DNA of 45,144 nt from NCBI GenBank assembly GCA_000320545.1, contig ADNK01000086.1, forward strand, positions 1 to 45,144, written 5' to 3'. This stretch comes from Bigelowiella natans CCMP2755. Taxonomy: Eukaryota; Protista; Cercozoa. Shown piece after piece: positions 24,717 to 40,018 of this stretch (its first letter is position 1; every line of letters begins with the position of its first letter). Under the pieces are notes generated by a model that had not been told where the DNA came from, did not search any database, and worked only from the letters and a program-made list of their open reading frames with translations. The translations under genes and the position numbers were made by a program.

Positions 24717-25216
24717 CTCGATATTATCATATCAAATTGTTAGCCACATACTGATTCATAGCCTCCTATTCGTACGTTTCTAATCGCACTACCGACTGAA
24801 TAATCCCTGCAATGAAGTCGGCGAAACAAAACACAAAACGAGTCGCTGTCTATTGCACGTACAGACTCTGAGTACCATTGACCGTATTCTGAAACCCCCT
24901 TATGAAAAACCAAAAGGTCCAAGCCGACTACTACTCGGGGGGCGCTCTGTCGGACGCAAAGGCAACAACAACAACTGATGATTTCGAAAAGGAGGGGGGG
25001 AAAAAAAAACAAAAAAGGCTGAAAAGCGTTTTTATGAAGAACACAGGATTGTTCCGCGTAGCATCTGCGGTTACTCATCTAAGAGATAGAGAGATAGGGA
25101 GAGGGAGAGAGAGAGAAAGAGTAAGAGAAAAATGTGGGCTTTCGCGACTTGATTTTGTTGCGATCATAGCAAAATTGAGCCCCTACGTCGTACGTGCCGG
25201 TCGATCTTCATATATG

Positions 25217-25266
<50 letters not shown>

Positions 25267-27824
25267 TTAATGTTCTATATAAGTATAGCCTTTTGCACCC
25301 CACTCTCGAAATGCAGGTCCAATGGGATGTGAGCGCGCAAGAGAGCAGCTATACACCTCCAAAGCATTGGGAATTCACGTTTGGAAAGCAAGAGCGCTGG
25401 TGGTATATGCGCCACCACGGTATTTTATTCAAAACCGAAAATTAAAAAAAAAAAAATACAAGGTTGCTTTGATGGTCTGAGTCCTTCAATTTTCGGTCGC
25501 GAATCGTTGAATGACTATGCGCGGATATGAGCATGATGATTCTTCTAAATCGCCGATGAATTTGCCTTGGTACATGCCTTTTGGCATGCCATATAAACAT
25601 ACACGCATTTTTATGCGCAGGCTACTAGCAAGAGCTTATTGTCAATTATCTTAGCTTTGAATCTCTATCCTTCAGATGAAACTTTCGGATCTGTCTCTGC
25701 CCCCATACAGGTAGGCATTTATACTCATGATTATTATACGGCATTACGCGTGGATGGAACGTGGGGTGGGGGGTGAGCAAAAGGCCTCGTAGTGAATTCG
25801 TTGTGTACCATCAACGGTTTAAGCCGCAAAGCGAATGCTTATCATTCTCTCCGAAGAGATTGAGCGTGAGGCCCTTTTCCCCTTATCCTCTCGTTTTGTT
25901 TCACATCTAAATATCCCCCCCCTTTACTGTATCTTGCCTCACACGACGAATGTTGTTCCTATCAATCATAGGCAAGCAGGTCAATATTTGAGTCCAAAAC
26001 GGATATGGACGGAAACGCTGAAGTTGCAATATCCTGGGAGGGGCTGGGGTATGCGCTGTACATACCCACGCACTATTCTATTCATATACATATATTATAT
26101 ATAAATATTTATGTATATAAACTTGACGGCCATTGCTCATGAGCGGGCACAAACGCACGCGTGTGAGTATGCAAGCATCGAAGTGACCTACAATGTGTGC
26201 ATGGGAGGGCACTTGTCATTGCACCTTTGTGTTTTCACTCTGCGTCGGATATGACTCCTGCTGGAATACTTCTTGCTGCAGACTCAAGAAGAATAGCTGC
26301 AAGCCCGTAACCGTGACGGCAAAGTCCCTGGTAACAGCCGCATAGTGATAATAATTCATGATAGTAACATAATAGTTATTTTTGATGCTAACATCACGTA
26401 GCGCCATATATCATGAATGTATGCGGCGATTGGAATTGATGCAACCTCGCGCTTTCTTTGCACGGCTCCACAGCCTATGCAATATAATACTATTGTCAAT
26501 TCAGGTCAGGGACATGAACTACCAGGCCAAGCAAGATTCGTAAGGGAGACGTTTGTTTCGATGATTTTTAATGACGACGAGGATAATGCTGACAGCTCTA
26601 GCGTCCGCGCATGATTCGATCCGACTCGTGTCTGCTATATTTATACAGAGTGTCATTTTTGATTCACCCGTGCCGCTATTACGTGGGGTTCAAGCTGGAG
26701 AAGGGCTTCGGAAGCGTGGGCTCTCCATTTAAGGCCTCGATTGTGGTATGCACAGCAGCTGATTAGGAGCATGTACAGCGCCAATGCTAGCAAAAGCTGC
26801 AGTATCTTGTACACCGTTTTGGTCATCTGTGGAAGAGAGTTCCGCTATGTACACATTGGGTTTATCGCAGTGGTTTTCATTGTTGTTGTTCTTGTTGCCG
26901 TGGTCCTGGAAGCAGGGAAGAATATAAGCGATCGCTATGTGTATGATGCTACAGTGGCTTTGCGGTTGTTGCGGTTGTTGCGGTAATCTTCGTTGTCGTT
27001 GTTCTTTAGGTTGTGGATCCTGACGGCAAACGTGTATCTGGGGTATTTTTTTCTGAGTGTAGATATTGTTGTAGCGGCCGGAGAAGAAGAAGAAGAAGAA
27101 GAAGAAGAAGAAGCGCTGTAGAATCAGAATTCGTGTCATGTTAATCATGGATTAAGCGTAAGAGTGGTTCTTATTTATGAGAAAGGGAAAATAGTTCTGT
27201 TGTTGATACGAAATGCGTGCTGCACAATAAGGTCCCAGTAACGTGCATATTCGAAGGAAGTGCGAAAATGAAGATGGAAGACTCAGCTGGCTTATTGGTG
27301 AATTGTGGTCTTGAATAGATACTTTCTCAAAGTCGTGATCGTATGCACTTGCGCGCGCGCGCGGCACACTCTTCACTATCAGACTCAACGAGTCTTTGTT
27401 ATGAAATTCCTCATCCTCGCGTATGGGGCATTCGCTGCATGCATGGTACGTGCGCCTTTGCAGGTGCAAAAGACTGTGCACAAGATATCGGAAACAACTG
27501 TTGTAACATCAAATGATGTGGCCGAGAAGAAGAAAGAGGGTGAGGGGGATGACAAAGCGAATCTGGCCGAGTTCCAGACCGTACCCAAAATGCCAGGATC
27601 TTACACGTGAGATCTTCAACTTAGTGAACATTAAAGCAAGGGGGAAAGGGGGGGGGGAGATTTCCGTGTGCATATTTACTACACACACACACACTTACAC
27701 ACACACATACACACATTAGATTTTGCACGTGCAGTCGATTATGTTGTATGAACCTTTGATAACAATACAAATGTGTTGTGCGATAGGTTAAAAGTGCGCG
27801 TCTACGACAAATTTGGAGGTGGAT

Positions 27825-27861
<37 letters not shown>

Positions 27862-28678
27862 CTTTATCTCCACCTTCATCATCTATTTAGAGAACATCTG
27901 CGATTTAGTGTTATATATATATATATATTCACATTCTGCAGGATGGCACGAGAGCGTAAGCACTTCCATATGGATCAAGGGTCCAAAGACTGCAGATGAG
28001 GTTGACAAATATATCCTCTATGCAAGCAGCACGTTCCGGTGATAGGTGTTGATCGAGATGTGCAGCACTACTTTTTCCCCGCCACTACTGACATAGTTTG
28101 TCCTACAAATAACCGTAAAATACGTTCTGCATTTTGTAACGTTAGCCCCAGGGTTTTGCGTACGATAAGCTGAGCCACTTCGTCCTGCCGTGCGACTCGC
28201 TTACGATTATTCCTGACAAGCAAACATACCAACCAGGGGTGGGAGCGATATATATGTATATATTTATTTATTTATTTATTTATTTATTTAGTTACTACAT
28301 ATTTTTATTAAGAGAAGGGGGAGGGGGGGGGAGAGAGAAAGGGAATTTTATTGAAAGGAAAGGCAGAGAATTAAACTTGTCATCAATGGAAGGCAAAAGA
28401 ACGTTTATTTGGACACATTTCAATCTTCGCGTGTTTGTGTACATATATACCTCTCTAGGATATAGCAAAGATCGTTATTCGCTCACCGCTAAGCGACGCT
28501 CATGGGTATGCACCTACAGTAGAAGTTATTGTGTGCTATTGTAACAGTTTGCTTGTTTCGCATATCTAGAGGAAATGTGTAGTTTCGGTTTTTTTGGGAC
28601 ATGTATCATGAAAACGACTGTGTGCGTTGTGTGTGCGTTGTGTGTGCGTTGTGTGTGCGTCTGGCTGTATGGCTATCA

Positions 28679-28717
<39 letters not shown>

Positions 28718-29562
28718 AATCTCTCATGCAGAATGATGATCGTGCGCTGCCACGGTATGAAAGGCGACCCAATTCCGTTTAAGGTGATAAATCGTCAGAT
28801 ATCCACAAAGAACGCGAACTATGTTTATGATGATGGATGAGACGTGATGCTGGCATTAACGCTATTTTGGAGGGTCTCGTTCCTACCAATGGTCATGAAT
28901 GAGCTTTTTGTGAATGATGATAATGATGATAAACTTATGAAGCTGTCGCACTAACAACACAATTATGCTGCTGGTGATGACGACGAAGACTGTGTGTACA
29001 GACAGCCATTTTTGCTTATCGTTCTTGGCCTGATGATCTTCTTTTATTCCTTAATAAGATTCCCAAAGGGGCGGAAAGCACTACGCTGGAACTCAAGATG
29101 CAAAAGGTAGCGATTATGCTGTTTTCAGATATATCTGAGCCTTATCACCTATGTGAAGAATAAACAACACAGTGTTCGGCCGTTCACATTTTGTTTACAC
29201 ACACACACACACACATACACACACACACACACATACACACGGTATATACATCAGCAATGGATCCCTGGCATCTCTCTCGTCGCATGGGTAGTAATTCTTA
29301 AAGTGAAAGGCAACGAAAGTTTAAAAGTAGGAGGAGTAGGAAGGAGGGGGGGTGCACAAGCACCTTACAATTAATGAATTTGGCAAATCTGGCCTTTTGG
29401 TTAGGTCACTTCTGCTGTACCTCGTGAAACAGATATCGGCGGAGGCAAACCGGTGACTACGGCATAAATGCATTGACACACGCATAGTTGAAAATCCTGA
29501 TTGGAAATACAATACGCACGAAACCACCCAGACACTTCCACACAAAAACTTGCATTGTGTAC

Positions 29563-29603
<41 letters not shown>

Positions 29604-30632
29604 TATGCGTAAAATGCAATATCGGTCTCAACGTGAGTATTACACAATATATAATACACACATATATGCAATGCACGGATGATTTCCATATCTTAGAGTA
29701 GCTACCTCCTCCTTATTTTTTCAGGCGAAGGACGACCTGCGACCTGCCTTTGCGGTGGGGGAGATCGAATTAAACATTTCCTCCAAATGCTACGGCCTTT
29801 CGGTACGTAATAGAACCCACTACGAATGGGATGCAACCTGAGCACATCTTCCTTGAATCTTGACGGCCTTCCTCTGCTTTTGTTTCTAAAAAAGCGATAC
29901 ATTCGCACGTATGAGCATGCTCAATAATTCATACGTGCTTTTATGGCGAAAATGCCTGCGTAGCTCGAAATTCAACCCAAAGACGAAGAAAAGGACGAGG
30001 TCGGGCCGGGGAAAACCATCCATCCCTCGGGTAGTAATGATAGTTATTGAATGTGACAAAAAGTGCCCCCCCCTCCCCCTCCCTCCCCCTCCCCCTCCTC
30101 TAGCAGAAAATATTCGCACAATTTCGGTTCAAACGAGAAAAAAAAATTCACGTGAAATGACGTGCTTAAAGTGAGTGTGTGCCCCGAGCTCTCAATATTT
30201 AAATTTGCAATGAGCGAAGTGCCCTGTGTTATCTGCCAAATAGTTGTTGTCAAGGATTTTGCGGGAAATCCGGTTTCGAACGCCGAAGTTTGCTTCGTTA
30301 TGGTCAGGCTGGGTAGCAGACGGGGAGGAGGGATGATGTAAAAGCGAAGCGAATATCACAATCAGTATCGTTACTACACTTATTTATCAATAGCAGCATC
30401 GCCAATTCATCGCCATAATTCAGAATCATTGGCTCTACTTCTAAACATCAGGTGGATGAAGCGGTTCTGAGCTTAACTGGCTACAATCTTCTCCCTAGTA
30501 ACAACAAGAGCACAGAAGAGAGGGAGGAGAGGGAGGGAGGGAGAGAGAGAGAGAGAGACCTGGGATCAAAGAAGATTTGAATGCAGGGAAGAACCAGAAA
30601 TAAAACGAAGAATAAAGATTTTACAAGCAAAA

Positions 30633-30668
<36 letters not shown>

Positions 30669-30878
30669 GTATGTGTGTGTGTGTTTATGTGTGTTTGTGT
30701 GTCAAAGTGCATAGTGAAATAGCTTCGTGGTGTTTTTGGTGCTCAGCCGTCACTCTTCCTCATCTTTGCAATTTTTCGCTGATTAGACCCTCTTGAGGGT
30801 ATATTTCCTTCGCGCACTCGTCCGGATACTGCCAGTGTAATTCACGGACGTCGAACGGTCAAATATTCTGTTTATAAT

Positions 30879-30922
<44 letters not shown>

Positions 30923-31817
30923 TGTGTGTGTGTGTGTGTGTATACATAAATTGGGTGTGCATATGTTTGTGCCTATGTTAATATAATTATAAGAAAGAGG
31001 AAATGTGTGAGAAAGAGGAAATGTGTGAGAAAGAGGAAATGTGTGAGAAAGAGGAAATGTGTGAGAAAGAGAGAGAGAGGGGGGGGGGGGGGGAGAGAGA
31101 AAGGGGGGAGGGAGGGAGACAAAGGCTTAGAGTATTTGGAGACCTCCAAGCACAAGATCAATCAGTATCACTATCATTAGAACCGTCATCATTATTATAT
31201 CGGCATTACCTTTTCCTCAATATGAGACCGTTTCTATTGCCATTGTACCGAATTTGCTACTACCATACACTAGGTACGGCTGCTCCCTAGAGCGACACTG
31301 AAAGAGGTCAGTTTATGATAAGTTATGATGAAGAAGGAAGATAGAAAGGGGATGCGAAACGTACAAGTTATTCATTTCGTATCATCTCTGCATATATGTT
31401 GCGTGGAAACCTATATTTCACGCGCTGATGATACAACAATTCTCTTAGGTGAAGGAAGAAGTTCTTGAAGGTTGTAACAGTATATATAATCCGAGATTAC
31501 GAGATTGTATAAATGCAGATACGAAGCTATGTGCGCGCGACGTTTTGAGGCATCTGTGTAGTTAATGATAGATTCTCGCTGCAGCAGTTTCCCCGTTTTG
31601 TACTGAGCTCTCTACTTTGATAAAACAACACTGCCCTATAAAGATTCTGATTCCGATGCGTGCGAGGACTTTTATGCTTATGATATTGTTGCTCCGTGCA
31701 GTATGGCGATGATGCAAGTTAGACACACACACACACACACACACACAAGATACTTCAATTGATAAGAACACACGGCATCGACACAGCAGAAAACATACGC
31801 ATCGTTCTACAATCATC

Positions 31818-31862
<45 letters not shown>

Positions 31863-33443
31863 GTACATACGTTTTTATTAACGCAATACAATTACGTATT
31901 ATCATGTATGATGATATATGTTGTCAAAAGGTCCATTGCTTATGTGTGTTCATGTTTTGTGTGTCTCTCTATTGTTGCGTCAATGCTTCTTTAGAGGCTA
32001 GAGAGGAAAGGTCAGCAATGATACTCACTGTCGGAATCGCGAGACTAGCATTGTCGTCGTGTATATTCAGCCAGTCACATTCTAAATTTTATAAAATCGA
32101 TATGATTTATAACGCTTTTTGTTTTATTTTTCCTTTTTATTTGTTTGCCACAATGGTTGAGTACGGATGACGACTGTTTGCATATATTGATTATTAACAT
32201 TATATATGCGTGATTTTGCAAAATGATTCCCTTGTCGATCGCGCGCAGCCTCAGGAGTTCAGTTGGAAGCTGAAGGACTGGGCCTTGATAACGACAACAA
32301 GGCAACGAATCCCCAAAGCACACGCCTAAAACATGAGAGAAACAGATAACACGATAATCACAATAATCATGATATAACACGTACATGCGCTGTTTTCGCT
32401 CTTCCTCTTACCTGTGCCTAAGCAGATTGCAGTGCGAAAGAACTTCAATCCACTAGCAGCCTTCGTTCCAAGTAAGTTACTTTGATAACAGATCTTTTAG
32501 CGAGGATTTAGACACTGAACATTCTAAGTTTGGCAACCAGCTACTTTGAACCCTAAATATAGCGTCTGAATGGAAGCTAAGATTTATTTTATTTTAAATT
32601 TCTAGTGTTTTGGTAAAAAGGTATGTGTGCGTTGCGTGCGTACGTTTGTGTGTTTCAGGCGTGGTAACGGATGAAAATGGGGTCGCAAAGCTTGAAGTCA
32701 CGCTCCCTGACTCGTGAGTAAGAGCGTCTGTATATGTGCGTGCGGTGTTTGTGTGCGCGAGCAAGCTGAAGAAGCTGCTGCTACTACACTTTGAATCATT
32801 TCCCCCATCTCTCAATATTTCCCCAATCGCCTCGCTCCAACCACACTTTCCCCCAAGGCTAACACGGTACCGCGTCTGGGCACTCGCTTGTACGGAAGTC
32901 CAATTCGGAACAAACGAAACCTCCGTATCGGTAAAAGGAGTCCGTTGTAACGAGAGTAGCAAGTTTGAAACGGAGAGGAGGGGGGGGGGGGGCATGCTAG
33001 TTTTAAGGAAAATGTCACAACTCGTCTCGGCGCTTTGTTCTCCTCACGAGCTTTGGTCGATACGTCAAGGTTTCCCTGCCACTCATGGTTCGCCCTTCCC
33101 CCCCACGATTCCTCAACTTTGGCGACAAATGCGCCGTGTCTGTGGTACATTGAAAATGTCCTGTGATGAGAATGAACAGGGTGGGCGGACGGGTGTTGTG
33201 GCTCTTAATGGGGGTCTTGAATGTACACACTGAAAAGGTGCTCCAAAACCAAACGGAGAATGACCTAACGGCGTTGATAGCGGCGAGGGGCACGTTGGTG
33301 AGCGTAGACCAAAACCAAGCTGCAGCGAAGGTAATGCACTATGAAGAAAAGAGAGAGATTTCGTGTGGCTTGTTGGGCTATGAAATTATTGCTTGAAGGC
33401 TATTCTGCTTTGAAGCATATTTGCGGGCCGTGCGAATGTGTGT

Positions 33444-33488
<45 letters not shown>

Positions 33489-36400
33489 TGTGTGTATGTT
33501 TTCAGTCATGATACCTGATAGTCAAATGCTTCGCATCCACTCCTTACCCCCCCCCCCCCCCCCTCCTTTCAAGGTTACGTTGAAGAAACTGCAGAGAGGG
33601 GTGGTCCACTTTGGCGTTGAGGCACTCAAAGTGGGAGTGGCAAGGATGCAGTTTGTTAGCAGCTCGAAAGGCGTGGCAGATGCAGCAGAGGTGATTGTAC
33701 AGATGATGGTGGTAGCTATGGTGATGTCACAAGGTTGCGAATGGTGCTCGGTTTCTTACGTGTTTGAATTCTTTCCGAGTGTGCTTTGGAGGGAAGAAAC
33801 AATCTGACTACCAATGAAGACGTTGCTGTGATATGCATCATATAGTCTTTTCCATCGTAGAAATATTCGTTGCGCCAAAAGTGTTTTATACAACAACCAC
33901 TATGTATATGAATCTGACTTCTTGTAAAATGAGAAGAATCGACGAAGGAAAAGGGGGATTGGCCAATAACGAAAAGAAACAACACAGGTGTCGTTTGAGG
34001 TATACACACCTGCAACGCGTGAGGGCTTTGCGACTTACGGCAGCGTCGATTTTGATGGTAACACGTATGATGCATCTTCATTCTGATGTGTGTCTTCACG
34101 TTGATAGCTATCGTGTGACGCAGTATTTCTTTTTATCTTCGCCTGTCAGCATAATATGCTAGTGTATTGCGGAAAGGAAATTACTCAACTCGCAGTTTTC
34201 CTCTCTGATCTTTTCCTTGATGCTTTCGCATGATCTTTGAATATCCTGTTAAATAGGGCAAGATAGCGATGTAATGGATCCGGCCTCTGATGTCAAAATG
34301 GAGAGTAGCGACCCGACAAAACCGCATGTATGTAGTTTTATGTACTCTTTAAATTTTTATCACATTCCTTATATCGTGCGATAGTCCCAGTTATTTCTTT
34401 CTTCTTTCTGTATTCCTTGGGCATTTAAACGGGGAATGGCGACCAATTCATTCACGTATTGGTTCGCATGTCGTTTTTTGGCTTTGACCGCCGCTTTGTT
34501 GGGTATGATTCACGTTTATTCTTCGTTTCTGTTGGTGCTAGTATGTTGTGCAGCCGATCAAGCCGCCAAAGGAGGTGTGGCCGCAATTTGGGGGCCTCGA
34601 GGTAAGGAGAGGGATAAAGTAGGAAAAAGGAAGCGACGTAAAATATACCTATCGCTAGCTGCTTTGCGCCGTCTTCGTCGTTGCAGATGATGTATATTTA
34701 GCTCTGCCTAGATCTATTTGACCTCAAGTTACTCTTGTCAATAATGTTCGTGAGGTTTGTTGGGAGAGCGATCTTCGAGAGGGAATCGTAGTTTTCTCCC
34801 TATGGCACTTGATTTAGACGCATATTTCCGCCTGCAATTGTTGCCAGATTACGACATCGACAACGCAGTTCCAGCACTTGGAGGACGCCGTAATCTCGTT
34901 GTACAACTACACTTACGAGTGTTCAGAGCAGCTAGCAAGGTGATGATAGTCGATGAAGAATATGGCCTATATATTGCACTTAACGTTTATATAGCACCAA
35001 ATGGGAAACGCCATTAAAGCTATGAGGAGAGAGAATAAGAATAGTAAGGCGATGCCAAACGATGTTCTCTCACTCCAATTGAAGTGGAGCCGAAAACCTG
35101 AGAATAAAGCGATTATTCGACGGGAACGCCCGTTGTTTTACTTCCTCCAAATAATGTTTCTTCTCGAATCGCAACCCTGCATTTACATCAAAATTTGATT
35201 CGATTGTGCTCTATCGTCGTCACCCTTTCAAACACGTTCCAAAACCATAAAGCCTTCCCTCCGCTACCAACTATATGTAGTCGCTTGTTGGGAATGGTCT
35301 CGGTGCGCGAAGTGATGGTAATGGAACGACATCATCCTCTCGTGGAACACCCTGTCGAGGCGGCTGTTCGTAGTTATATTTCCAATTTTATGCTGCACTA
35401 TCATGGTGCTACTCGTGTGTGCTAGGATAGGAACTACATGGTATTGTTTGGCTATGCTGCCACCGCTACTGCTCAACAATAGAGGACAGCTCTCACGCGT
35501 GTTCGCTTGTTTATTTGCTCACAGGAGGCATTCAATTCGGCGCGTCTCCCCCCTATGAAAGTTATCCAAAAGAAAACCTCGAAGGTCGGTGACACGCGGT
35601 TCAACCGAGCTTGTGCACGCGGGAAGCAGCACAAGTATTTTCATTATGGCATCCATTGAATTATATTGACGCCCGGATTGTGTTGTAGTGGCTTGAAACC
35701 CTGAAAAAACGACAGCACGATAATGGAGGTGACTCATCTATAAACACTCTCGAAGAAGACTTCAGACACATATTTATGCTTTGAATAGTATAGCGTAGAT
35801 CAAACGAGTTTGTCATCGCGTTCGCTGTGTGGCAGAGGGGGGGGGGGGGGGGGGGAGATATGCTTGGATGTACGAGTGAAACGGGTATCAATTTGATACC
35901 AGGTTTTTGGACCTGGGGCCCGCCGAAGTTCTACGGTGAAACCAAATCTCGAATCGAAATGGCCACCAAAACACACCAAGATTACAACGACTACACTTCA
36001 CTAATCCCCTAGAAATCTCGACGTCTCTTCCATCTTTCACACTCTACGCTCCTTCAAGTGCACGCACGTGATCATAGCGAAACTAAAAACCGCATTTTCG
36101 CTGCCCATTACCAGGATATGAAACTCTGCCGGGTCCGTACATGAGCGTGCACGTCGCTTGCTGCCTTGCACATATGGAGGAGAGGAAGCAACCTATCGAT
36201 AGACGGGTATTGTCTAAAATTGCCATCCTGCATGTTAGGTTATTGCAAACACTTCCATATTCATTGTGCTTGAAGCCCAAATAGAGGCAATGTCATTGGA
36301 AAGAGGATAAAGCCGTGTTTCCGATGACAACGATGCTGTACCAATAATAGCAAAATTAGATCGGTCCATTATTCCTCCTCACCCCTCATAACTCCCCCCC

Positions 36401-37807
36401 CCCCCCCCCGCTAACCTCTGTTTTAGATGAAACTCATGTCTCAAGAATACGTGAAGAATATTGAGGTACGTGCATTTTAGATATATATATGTGTATGTGA
36501 AGATTCAACCGTCTCTGTTCCGAATATTGCGTATCTGTGCGTCCGACCTTCGTTGCGCGATGTGCTTCTGCGGTTGTGCTTGCTCAGGCCCGCATTGATG
36601 CCATTCCCTATTCGAGACATTGGTCCAAGAGGACGAGAAACGCGGTAGTATGCAACACCGCGACTGTGTGCGCGAGCATTGTTGTCATCCTCTACTCGCT
36701 CACTTTCTTGTCGTACCGAACCTAATTGCCGTAGATCATTGCCTACGCGCTCTATGTGCGCAAGCGCTGGAACATGAAGGACGTGGTGGCGCAGGCCGCG
36801 AGCTTTGTTGAGAAGGACGGCGGCAAAAACGGTAAACATGTGGACAAATGAGTATTTATGTGTACGCGTGAATGTGCGTGTGCTTTGTAGCAGTAGAAGT
36901 AGTACACAAGGAGCACTTCATAAACACACGAATCTTCCGATGTTCTCCTCGCTTTTCTAGACAGAGAAACAGAATACTTGTTGATCTGATATAGCTCACT
37001 CAAGACTTTATCACCAATCTGGAGTTTTGCTGTTATCGGCGTGTTTCATGTGTTTCAAACTCGGCACTGCTTCTAGCGAGTCAACAACATGTTGCTTTTT
37101 ATGAAGGCAAGGGCGACTACGAAAACTTGACTCCGGAAGCTATAGCGTACGTGTTAGCAGAGGAAAGATCCGTTAGTAAAATATTCGCGTAGGAAATCGT
37201 GGTAGCACATCGTGGTAGCACTCTAAACAGTAGCTTTCTAGCGATGCACGCTGTATGGCCGTGTCATTATTCAGCTGAAAATCTTCGGTATTTTCGTCGC
37301 TTTCGCGAACAAAATGGTTTTTTCCCTAGATCTAGATTCCCTGCACGTCTCTCTTATTTTTACGCCGATAATGATGGATGTGGTCCTTCAGTTGGTGTCT
37401 CGTGGCCTTGTCCGGAGGGCAAAGCAACAAGCTGCATCAACGGCTAATCAAAGATCTTAAGGCTGCGCTGGTGGGAACTTGTTATTAGTTATTTTTCAGG
37501 CTGTCCGTACTTTGAACAGTGTATATATGGATGGGCTTGTGTGTATGTGTGGGGGTGTGTGAGTGTGTGTTTGTGTGTTATTACACCGATATCGACGATT
37601 ATCTTCCCTACCTCGCCGATGATAATTTTGGGATTGTAAGATGCGAGCTGAGGGTCCATGTATCTCTGCCGTTGTGTTACTACTGCCTTGGAATTTCTTG
37701 ATTTCTAAATGTGTTTCTCCATCTCCCCAACCCTTCGCAGCTCAAGCATATTACCGAAGAGGCGGACACTGCCTACTTTACAACAAGCTATGGTGTTACA
37801 TCTACAA

Positions 37808-37886
<79 letters not shown>

Positions 37887-39273
37887 CGCGCGCGATTATA
37901 TGTGCACATTGTACGGTTTATTATAAGTGTTGGATGTGTTGTGGACAAAGGCGATGACGGATCTAGCGTGATGCTACACTCAAGCCGGCGCACGGATGCT
38001 GCAGTACTCGAGGCGTTAGTGGAAGTTGACGGGAACAAAAACGGACTCTCGCCCAAGCTCTGCAAGGTTCGGCCAACCATACGAATGTCAATAGATATAG
38101 ACGTTGCATGTACAGCGTGAGGGGGGTTGAGTGATGATGCAGCTCTGAGGGGCATTTTCTCCCGGTGTCATTACCAATAACCTACGCAAAGAACGCTTGA
38201 AAACTTCTTAATTTTCCAACACGCTGCTATACGTTGTTGCCGCTCTATACTCTAACTCTGACGCTGGCGTGGGTGGTTTGGCAGGGTCTTTTGAAGCAAA
38301 AGAAGAAAGAAGGAGGATGGAGCACTACGCAGGAGAATTGCTTCGTGCTTATGGCACTGGTCCGTCAGTCTTTTCCCTCTTCATCTAGCATTGCATCTGC
38401 TGTATTCATTTTGAGAGATTGGCGTTTCTACTGGGAGTCTTAGCTTTGTCATCGACGGTAAATATCCAAACGAACATAAAGATTTTGCCCTCCTTCTTCC
38501 TCCGCACTTCTCCCTCCTCCCCCAAAAAACAAAACAACCAAATTCAGCTGCGCTACTTCAAAGTCTATGAAAAGTAATGTCGTTGTAGAAGAAGAAGAAG
38601 AAGAAGAAGAAGAATATATATAACAGATGAACGCCAACACAAATGTTTGCGGTGTGAAATTGATGGAAGGGGGGGGGCGGATGAGGGAAGGCTGAGCTTC
38701 CGTTGTACAAACATCGCAAATATGTGATTTATGTGAACTTCATCAACAACTATCGCAAATATGTGATTTATGTGAAAATTTATCAATAACTAAAGAACCC
38801 ATGATTAGAGGCACGCGCAAGCGTAAGCGTTAGAAGAGAGAGAGATAGAGAGAGGGGAAAAGGAGACCAGGCTGGGGGGGGGGGGGGAGAAGGAAAAGGA
38901 TATTTGTTTTAGCTTTTGACAGCAGTTTATGAATAAGGAGCGTTTGTGTGTTTTGTTGATCTATTCCTTCAGGCATGTGCCGGATTTTACGATTTCCCTA
39001 TGGTAATAAAATATAATTGTAATTAAAAAGCGAGGAGATAGGCAGATAGGGGAGGGGGGATTTTGTGTAAATATTACACTGCCAAAAGCACGGTTTATGT
39101 TCTTAATATTGCTTGGATTTAAAAGGAGGAAAACCGGCTTGCATGCCTTCGTACACTTTGTAGCAGCAGCAGCAAAGCATTGATACGATATAGCTTTTGA
39201 TGATGATCTCTAATTATGAATTTATAAAAACAAAAATGTGTCATCGTAGCAATTAGGAGAGTTTGAATGGACA

Positions 39274-39320
<47 letters not shown>

Positions 39321-39984
39321 CTTTAGGTACGGTGATCTATTTGGCGGGAAGCAGGAATGGAAAGGAAGGTCAACAGAGTCCAAGAGCATTCTTGTCGCGA
39401 TGAAAGGTGGAAATGGTGGTGATTGTGTTTTTATTGTGTTGTGTTTGTGTGTAGAGAAATGCATGCAGCAGAAAGCTCAAATATCGTGATCTGGGTGCGC
39501 TCAAGTTTGGATTTGTGATTTACACGCATAATTCACTAGGTCTCCAAGCGCTTGGTGACAACAACTTCATCATCCACAAGGTTTTTCAAGTTGCTTCTTC
39601 TGGCTTCCATCTTTCCCGGCCTATTATTCATATTGCATGATACGTGCGTAGCACAGATGCGAAACGCATTTTTAGCCGCACTTTATTGAGAAGTGTTGTT
39701 TCCTCGCAGCTTGGAAAAGGAAGGCTTTACTACCGCATGGGTTGGTGGAATAGCTAATGAAAAACACGAGACTTAGACAGAACTAAGAGCAATGATGATT
39801 CGTTCCATGCAAATTCCTTGCAATATAGCCATATGTTAGCAGAAGAGTGTTATTTTTCGTTAGTTAAAGATTGTAAGGTTCTGGACCTGTTTTTTTTTTT
39901 TAACTGTTCTCTCAACCACCCCCGAGGCATAATTTTTGAATAATCTTGTTTCGAGTATGTGCATCATCATCATCATCATCACCG

Positions 39985-40018
<34 letters not shown>

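Noticed and set aside
22355-37475. Apparent widespread non-canonical (GC/GA) splice donors in the A2M gene, e.g. near 22362, 22960, 28488 and 37462
   Set aside because: Each has a phase-compatible GT donor a few codons downstream that fits the protein better. Only 24962 and 32302 remain as likely GC donors.
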